Shown here one piece after another: positions 57,514 through 64,000 of a stretch of DNA of 64,000 nt. The notes beneath the pieces were generated by a model. It had not been told where the DNA came from. It did not search any database and saw only the letters and a list, made by a program, of their open reading frames with translations. The translations under genes were made by a program, and so were the position numbers. Position 1 is the first letter of the stretch, and each line of letters starts with the position of its first letter. This DNA comes from a virus. The stretch is from positions 3,590-67,589 of the IMG/VR virus record IMGVR_UViG_3300037153_000221. One strand, written 5' to 3'.

Positions 57514-59308
57514 GGGCGAACTGGGGTTCATCGACGGCCAGCACAACGTCGAGATGACGGACGGCGTGTGGCGCTTTGACGATGACGACTGGGCCTTGAT
57601 CGCCATGCTCATGGACCCGATCCACTGCGCAGAGCTTCTGTTCGAGGACCCGAAGAATCGAGACCAGGGTGGGTGCTACAGGGTCTGGGATTACCAATAC
57701 GGCTTGTTCCGCCGCACCGACAACTACGAGGGCTACCCGTGCGCTCGTACAGTGGGCAAGACGGAGAGCATGAAGGCCGACGCGGTGTCTCACGTCTTCC
57801 GGCGCCAGGGCGAGGGGATGCTGATAACGGCGCCGGAGTTGATCCACCTGATGCCGCTGTGCGACGCCATCGAGGAGCGCATCCGTGACACGCGCCTGAC
57901 GCGCGACTTCCTGGACACCCGCAACCAGAAGACCGGCTTCAACCACCGGCCCTTCCAGGCCGACTTCCTGGACGGCACCAAGATCATCGGGCGCATCCCC
58001 AAGCTCACGGGCACGGGCGTCAAGGGCCAGCACGTTCCCGACCTACGCATCGAGGAGGGCCAGGACTACCCGGAGAAGGGCTGGATCGAAGTCCACGAGA
58101 CCGTGATGAAGGACCATGTGGACGGCGACGGCGAGGGCGACTTCACGTACATCTTCTACGGCGTGCACTCCGGCGCGCGCGACGGGCGCTTCTACCGGCT
58201 GTCCACGTCCGGCGAGTTCAGGATCTCCACGATCACCGCCGTGATGCGGCCGGGCTGGGGTCCAGACGAGAAGGCGCGGGCGGCGGCCATCTACGGCGGA
58301 ACTCAAGCTCCGGACTACCGGCGCAACATCCTGGGCGAAGCCGGGGGAGCGTCGTCGGCGTTCTTCGTCACCGCGCGCCTGATGGCCTGCTTGGACCAGG
58401 ACCGCGAGAGCGACTACAACACCGTCCACTGGAAGCGCCAGGCGCTGATGGCCGAGGAGATCGACCGGATGATCGGCGACCTGTCCGGCGTGCCGAAGGA
58501 GCAGCACACGGAGATCATGTACGACACGCTCAAGACGCTCGTGGACCTTCCCGAGCTACCGAACGTGCAGCAGATCTACCTCGGTGGCGACATCGGCCTC
58601 GTCAACGACCCGACCGTGCTGACGCTGTGGGCGGTCCAGCCGGACACCAAGAAGCGCTCGCGCATCCGGCTCGTGCGCATGTTCCACCTCTGGCGCTTCC
58701 GCGAGAAGATGATCCGCCAGTTGCTGTACATCATCGGCTGGCGCTACGGGCAGCGTCTGCGGGGCGCGGGCATCGACGTGACGGGGCTGGGCCTGCCGAT
58801 CTTCCAGGCCATCGAGGACGACGAGGCGGCGCCGCAGCACCTCGTGGACGTGACGCGCGGCTACGTCTTCAACGCCAAGGTGCCCATCGGCGTGGACAAG
58901 AGCCTCGTCACGCAGGACTCGCAGGGGCGCCTGCGCGACCATCTCGGCAACATGGTGGAGAAGCTGGAGGACCCGTTCACGCGCGAGGAGCGCTACGTCG
59001 TCAAGATGACGATGATCGAAGCCTCGACGCGCTACTTGCGAGAGTTCGTGGACGCGATGTACCTCCAACTGCCGTTCGATCCTGAGATCGCAGGGGACTT
59101 CCAGGGCGAGACCGAGCAGCGCGTGAAGGCCATGGCGGGCGTCCGGAAGAAGCCCAACGCCTTCCACATCCTGGACTCGGCACGCGCCTTCGCCATGGTG
59201 TTCAAGGCGGCCGACGTGGAGGCGCAGACCAAGGTGACCGCACAGCAGCCGGTGCTCGCGCGCGCCGTGGACGTGCGCGGGTCGGCGTCAATGGCTGGAG
59301 TGACATGA
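57506..59308 (+). CDS. terL: Terminase large subunit
   Basis: Walker A 'ARTVGKT'; Walker B-like 'IEE'; RNase H-fold 'GGDIG..NDPT', 'IDVTGLG', 'HILDS'. Confidence 0.85.
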   Translation: MAKGELGFIDGQHNVEMTDGVWRFDDDDWALIAMLMDPIHCAELLFEDPKNRDQGGCYRVWDYQYGLFRRTDNYEGYPCARTVGKTESMKADAVSHVFRRQGEGMLITAPELIHLMPLCDAIEERIRDTRLTRDFLDTRNQKTGFNHRPFQADFLDGTKIIGRIPKLTGTGVKGQHVPDLRIEEGQDYPEKGWIEVHETVMKDHVDGDGEGDFTYIFYGVHSGARDGRFYRLSTSGEFRISTITAVMRPGWGPDEKARAAAIYGGTQAPDYRRNILGEAGGASSAFFVTARLMACLDQDRESDYNTVHWKRQALMAEEIDRMIGDLSGVPKEQHTEIMYDTLKTLVDLPELPNVQQIYLGGDIGLVNDPTVLTLWAVQPDTKKRSRIRLVRMFHLWRFREKMIRQLLYIIGWRYGQRLRGAGIDVTGLGLPIFQAIEDDEAAPQHLVDVTRGYVFNAKVPIGVDKSLVTQDSQGRLRDHLGNMVEKLEDPFTREERYVVKMTMIEASTRYLREFVDAMYLQLPFDPEIAGDFQGETEQRVKAMAGVRKKPNAFHILDSARAFAMVFKAADVEAQTKVTAQQPVLARAVDVRGSASMAGVT

Positions 59309-59890
59309 GCAAGATACTGGTCCAGCAGCGTCCGGGCGGCCCTGTCCGCTTGGCGACGCGCGAGGAGAAGTGCCAGCACATCTGGGTGCCCAAGCAGGCG
59401 TGGAGCGGCGGCAGGCAGCACCACTACTGCATCAACTGCCCGGCCACCTGCGTCGGCGATCCGGTGGCTCTGGGGCGCACCAGTGGAACTCGCAGAGATT
59501 AGGCGCCGACTGGAGTCCGCGCTTCCTCTGCGCATCCCGCAGTTCGACCCCAACACTCCACCGCGCGAGAAGATCAGCAAGCTGGAGGACTACATCCTGA
59601 CGTGCGCCTACCATCGCGGCGAATTGGAGGAGGCGCTGCACTGGTGCCTCGAAGCCGGGAAGAAGCTGCGCGCCCAGTGGGATGACATACAGGGCTACGA
59701 GGTGGGCCTGCCGACGCGGCCGACCAAAGAGCAGATCGACCTGTCCAAACGTCACGTCGCGCCGCAGATCTGGGCCGGACTGGACGAGGCCCGCACCCTG
59801 ACCGAGAGCATAAAGAGGCAGATTTCTCGCTTGGGCGGGAGCGACTACGACGCCGCCAGTCGCGCTTACACCATGCTCAGCGGGTCTTAG
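59305..59890 (+). CDS. Two small genes (59305..59502 Cys/His; 59483..59890)
   Basis: Coupled ORFs between terL and the portal gene. Confidence 0.5.
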
Positions 59891-59927
59891 GCGCCCAATC
59901 TCAGGGCTTGAGTCGTAGATTAGGGCT

Positions 59928-62204
59928 ATGCCCGAGGCCCAGGAATCCCCCGGCGCGCTCAAGGGTCGCCCTGGACCCGACAACGCGATCATCGACAACC
60001 GGACCGGCCTGCCGGACAACGTGGTCCGCGAGGCCGTCATGTCCTACTGGGTGGAGAGCGCCGCGTTGCAGTTCGGGACGCCGACGAACTTCCAGCTTTA
60101 CAGCACCAACCAGGGGTCCAACATGCTGGCGCGGTCTCCCTTCGAGACCCCGAGCAACGTCCTGGACGAGATCAGGCTGGCGCGCCAGGTGGCCGAGTGC
60201 GACGACGACGTGCGCGCCGTCATCGACCAGATGGTCCACACCGCCTACCGCGACGGCATGGAGAACCACCACCCGGACCTGACGACACTTCACGTCTTCA
60301 ACGAGATCGCCAAGCAGATGAACCTGGATCTCGCGCTCAAGGAGTTGCTGCGCGAGTACCTGATCGCGGCACAGGTGGTCACGCTGTCGCTGTTCACGCG
60401 GTCGCGGATCACGTTCGCCCCAACCGACAACGAGAGTCGGACCGTAACCGCGCAGATGTCCACGCCGCTCCTCGGCGTGCTCCCGGCCGAAGACATCCGC
60501 GTGCTGTCCAACGACGTGTTCGACACGGGCGACCTGGGCTATGAGGTGACAGACCAGGCGCTCAAGGAGTGGCTGGAGGAATACTTCGCGGAGACCACTA
60601 GCCCGGCGAAGAAGGAGGCGATGCGGCGCGAGCAGCCCGTCGTCGCCGCCATCTTCACCGAGAAGATCGAGGTGGACTGGAACGATCAGGACAAGTTCAT
60701 CGCGGGCAAGACGATCTACAGGCTCAACCCGCGCATGGTCCACCGCACCACGATGCCGAAGGGGTCCACCGCCTACCCGCGCCCCCGTCTGACCGCCAAC
60801 TTCGCGCTCCTGGAGGCTAAGCGCCTCCTGAACATCATGGACTACGCGCTTCTCCAGGGCGGCACGAACTACATCGTGGTGGCGAAGGTCGGCTCCGACA
60901 ACCTCCCGGCGCAGCAGCCCGAGGTGGACAACCTGACCGACCAGGTGCGCCACGCCTCCCGTACCGGCGTGCTCGTGGGCGACCACCGCATCACCATCGA
61001 CATCATCACGCCGGACCTGGGCGAGCTACTGAACCCGGCCAAGCGCAAGCTCCTGGGCCGCAAGATCGCCATGGCGATGCTGTCCATACCCGAGCAGGTG
61101 ACTCCAGATCCGGGCAACGAGGGCGCTAGGTCCGAAATGGAGTTCGCCGCTAACACGATCCAGTCCGACCGGCACGACATCCAGCGCCACGTCGAGCGCT
61201 ACGTGTACGACGAGATCACGCGGCGCAACCCGTCCAGTCCGATCAAGTCCTCGCCGTCACTCTGGCACGCCAGGGTCATACTCAGCGGCGTCAAGGAGTT
61301 CTACGACAGCGTGATAAAGGCGCGCGACCGAGGCGACATCCCGCGCAAGTGGGCAGTGGAGGTGCTGGGGTTCCCGTACGAGGCGGGTGTAGCACAGCGC
61401 CAGCGCGAGCTTGACGAGGGACATGACGAGATCATGACGCCAGGGTCGGTGCCCTTCTCGGCCAATGATGGCACACCGCCCGTGGACAACGCCGGGGGCC
61501 GTCCGGTCGGCTCCTCGCCCGACAACGGCCGTCCAGGGGCCAGGCGAGCGGGCGAGACCGCGCCGAGCCGGACCATGCAGCGGCGCCGGGGCGAGAACAT
61601 CCGGGCGCACTGGGACCAGGCGAACGCCGCCACCGTGCGCATCGGCGAGTTGACGGCGGCCGTGGTCGAGGAGTACCCGGAGCACACGGTCGGCCGCGTC
61701 ACGTCCATCGAGCGCGAGGCCGTCGAGGCGGGCGAGACCCGCCAGCACGGGCCGGTGTGCGTGGTGCCCGTCAACCCGGCCTACGACGTGGGCGAGCTAC
61801 GCGCCTTCAGGCTCCAGGAGGGCCTGTCCATGATCGTCGGCCAGCGCGTGCAGGACGACGCCATCGTCGCCAAGGCGCTGTGCTTCCGCGAACCCCAGTT
61901 CACGCTTAGCCAGGCCGAGGAGATGGCGCTGCGGTGGGGCTTTGTCACGTCCACCGTCGTCGCGGAGGAGGAGCGCGAGGAGGAGCAGACGCTGACGGCC
62001 GGGCAGATGTTCATGCGCGCCATCCAGGACCCGGCGATGCTCGCCGCCTTCACCGGGGTGGTCGGCGAGATCGTCGCCAAGATCCAGCCGCAGGTGACCA
62101 TCGTCATGCCGGACGAGGCCGACCGCGAGATCATCCGCGACGAGGAGACCGGCGCGATCATCGGCACCCGCGTCATCCCGCGCGTCACCGGAGGTGGCTC
62201 GTGA
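59928..62204 (+). CDS. Portal protein with a long C-terminal extension
   Basis: Position after terL; size; helical core. Confidence 0.7.
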   Translation: MPEAQESPGALKGRPGPDNAIIDNRTGLPDNVVREAVMSYWVESAALQFGTPTNFQLYSTNQGSNMLARSPFETPSNVLDEIRLARQVAECDDDVRAVIDQMVHTAYRDGMENHHPDLTTLHVFNEIAKQMNLDLALKELLREYLIAAQVVTLSLFTRSRITFAPTDNESRTVTAQMSTPLLGVLPAEDIRVLSNDVFDTGDLGYEVTDQALKEWLEEYFAETTSPAKKEAMRREQPVVAAIFTEKIEVDWNDQDKFIAGKTIYRLNPRMVHRTTMPKGSTAYPRPRLTANFALLEAKRLLNIMDYALLQGGTNYIVVAKVGSDNLPAQQPEVDNLTDQVRHASRTGVLVGDHRITIDIITPDLGELLNPAKRKLLGRKIAMAMLSIPEQVTPDPGNEGARSEMEFAANTIQSDRHDIQRHVERYVYDEITRRNPSSPIKSSPSLWHARVILSGVKEFYDSVIKARDRGDIPRKWAVEVLGFPYEAGVAQRQRELDEGHDEIMTPGSVPFSANDGTPPVDNAGGRPVGSSPDNGRPGARRAGETAPSRTMQRRRGENIRAHWDQANAATVRIGELTAAVVEEYPEHTVGRVTSIEREAVEAGETRQHGPVCVVPVNPAYDVGELRAFRLQEGLSMIVGQRVQDDAIVAKALCFREPQFTLSQAEEMALRWGFVTSTVVAEEEREEEQTLTAGQMFMRAIQDPAMLAAFTGVVGEIVAKIQPQVTIVMPDEADREIIRDEETGAIIGTRVIPRVTGGGS

Positions 62205-62647
62205 TCGGCACCTTCACCACCCGGACCTACGCCACCCGCGCCGACTGGATCGCGCGACGGGAGTCCGGCGTTTACGTCGCGCGCAACGCCTTCACGACCG
62301 TGGGCATGACCTGGATGTGGCGCCGGATGGTCGGCATGGTCCCCGACACGCTCGCCGAGGCCGAGATCGTCGTCGGTGACGGCCTGAGCGGCTTTGTGGG
62401 CACCGAGGAGGCGCTGACCGGCGAGAACCAGGACCGTGCCGGTCTGACCGTGCCGCCCGAGATCGTCGGCTCGCGGATCGTGCTGCGCTCCACCTTCACC
62501 GAACGCCAAGCGAACTTCGACTGGATGGAGCGCGGGATCGTCGTGCCGTCCGGCGTGCTGATCGACCGCTCCGTGGCAGACCAGGGCCGCAAGGTCTTCG
62601 GCGCGGTCTGGGATGTTGAGGCCGAACTGGAGTTGGTCGGTGGTTGA
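62201..62647 (+). CDS. Structural protein resembling a tail-fibre/baseplate attachment domain
   Basis: 'N..TTVG...VGDG...STF....ANFDW.E.GI'. Confidence 0.55.
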   Translation: MIGTFTTRTYATRADWIARRESGVYVARNAFTTVGMTWMWRRMVGMVPDTLAEAEIVVGDGLSGFVGTEEALTGENQDRAGLTVPPEIVGSRIVLRSTFTERQANFDWMERGIVVPSGVLIDRSVADQGRKVFGAVWDVEAELELVGG

Positions 62648-62964
62648 TGGCGCTCAACCTCGAACAAGCAGAACCGCGCAAGATCTCTGACAAGCCGGGC
62701 TTCGACACCGTGGACGTGCGGCTGTCCTCCGACGAGCACCTGCGCGCCTGGCGCGTCACCTTCGGCCCGGACCGTACCGACCGGCTCCTTGGACACGGCG
62801 GCGTCGTCACGGGCGTGGACAGGATCGGACCGGCCGCCCTGCCGCTCGACATCGAGCCGGGCGGCGAGGTGGTCATGAGCTTCACGTACGACGACACCGG
62901 GGCACCGCCCGATGGCGACTACACCATCGGCTGCCACGGACTCGGCGACGGTGACTGGGCATGA
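62647..62964 (+). CDS. Hypothetical structural protein
   Basis: TGATG-coupled. Confidence 0.5.
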   Translation: MALNLEQAEPRKISDKPGFDTVDVRLSSDEHLRAWRVTFGPDRTDRLLGHGGVVTGVDRIGPAALPLDIEPGGEVVMSFTYDDTGAPPDGDYTIGCHGLGDGDWA

Positions 62965-64000
62965 GCGACTACGTTCCGCAGGAATGGGTGGACGACGACG
63001 GCAGCGGCACGACGGGCACGGCTGTCACCGCCGACCGCATGAACCACATCGAGCAGGGCATCAAGGACATGGAGGGCCTGGAGGGTCCGCCCGGTCCGCA
63101 GGGCGACCCCGGACCTCCGGGTGCTGACGGCGCGCCCGGCCCACAAGGTGACCCTGGGCCGCCCGGCGCTGACGGCGCCGATGGCGCACCTGGACCACCT
63201 GGCGCTGACGGGGCCACGGGACCGACCGGCGCGACCGGGCCTGAAGGTCCGACCGGCCCGGCCGGTCCACAGGGCGAGCCTGGGCCGCAGGGTCCGGCTG
63301 GCACCGGCATCAACCTGCTGGGCACGCTCGCCAGCACGGACGACTTGCCGACCGATGCCGCTGACGGTGACACGTACATCATCGACGGCGACGGCTGGAC
63401 GTGGACAGGCACCGAATGGGTGAACGTCGGCCCGATCCAGGGTCCCGCTGGCCCTGCTGGTCCGGCTGGCGTGGAGGGTCCGACAGGTCCGGCCGGACCG
63501 AAGGGCGACACGGGCGCGACTGGCCCGGCCGGTGCTGACGGCGCGCCGGGACCGAAGGGTGACAAGGGCGATACCGGCGCCGCTGGCGCGACGGGTCCGC
63601 CCGGCCCGTCCACTGGACCGGCTGGCGGTGACCTGTCCGGCAACTACCCGAACCCGGTGGTCGTCAGGGCGGACAACAACTTCGCCGTGACCAACCAGTT
63701 GACCGTTGGGCACGAGGCGGCCATCGCCGGGTCGCTCATCGGACAGCAGACCGGCAACGCCGAGTCGTTCTACAACCTCACGGTCTACCAGTCGAACGAC
63801 ACGACCGGCGCCATCGTCCTGCGCACGAACATCAAGCAGTCGCAGAGTAGAGAGTTCAAGATCGACCTGGACGTGGCGGTCGAGCGGCCCGAGTACGGGC
63901 CTGTCCACATCGAGATCGCGGGATGGGGGCACTCCAGCGGGTCCTTCTACTACCTCGGCCACACGATCACCGGAGCCTGGCGCCCGAGGGTGCGGGTGGC
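62961..64000 (+). CDS. Collagen-like fibre protein (3' truncated)
   Basis: 'W.D....[14 protein letters not shown]'; G-X-Y runs; '[11 protein letters not shown]'. Confidence 0.8.
   Translation, partial: MSDYVPQEWVDDDGSGTTGTAVTADRMNHIEQGIKDMEGLEGPPGPQGDPGPPGADGAPGPQGDPGPPGADGADGAPGPPGADGATGPTGATGPEGPTGPAGPQGEPGPQGPAGTGINLLGTLASTDDLPTDAADGDTYIIDGDGWTWTGTEWVNVGPIQGPAGPAGPAGVEGPTGPAGPKGDTGATGPAGADGAPGPKGDKGDTGAAGATGPPGPSTGPAGGDLSGNYPNPVVVRADNNFAVTNQLTVGHEAAIAGSLIGQQTGNAESFYNLTVYQSNDTTGAIVLRTNIKQSQSREFKIDLDVAVERPEYGPVHIEIAGWGHSSGSFYYLGHTITGAWRPRVRV

Larger units (their letters stand above)
1023..62634. promoter_or_regulatory. Dispersed palindromic motif RACT-NN-AGTY (49 copies counted by eye)
   Basis: Coordinates listed in the first finding. 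Confidence 0.8.

Noticed and set aside
1023-62634. The dispersed palindrome as a plain host SOS (LexA) box
   Set aside because: Most copies lack full GAAC/GTTC arms while the inner T..A is invariant, and most are intragenic; not fully excluded
591-63962. Many long antisense or alternate-frame ORFs (e.g. 2951..4168, 13174..14490, 30632..32014, 59901..60986)
   Set aside because: Expected shadows of high-GC coding sequence opposite well-supported genes

Overview
About 64 kb of a large, high-GC (roughly 68% by eye) tailed phage or prophage genome, probably of an actinobacterial host. Two secreted proteins have C-terminal domains suggesting Thermoleophilia/Solirubrobacterales. Layout: end of a tail module (1-5.8 kb); a stand-alone secreted Rpf; a rightward recombination/replication block (SSAP, RusA-like, PD-(D/E)XK exonuclease, initiator, DnaB, sigma factor; 6.8-16.4 kb); a 19-kb leftward early/accessory block (tyrosine recombinase, HTH proteins, methyltransferase, RuvB, MoxR AAA + VWA; 16.4-35.2 kb); a divergence point carrying a mirror-symmetric 6-unit repeat array (35.29-35.64 kb); an HTH gene and an ~1.1-kb stem-rich non-coding tract (37.9-39.0 kb); rightward accessory genes; then lysis, HNH, terminase, portal and the start of a collagen-like fibre. 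The strongest unexplained signal is a 10-bp palindrome, RACT-NN-AGTY, counted by eye 49 times across the window against about 1-2 expected from base composition. It suggests a genome-wide protein-binding-site system. All calls come from reading motifs; no database searches were run.
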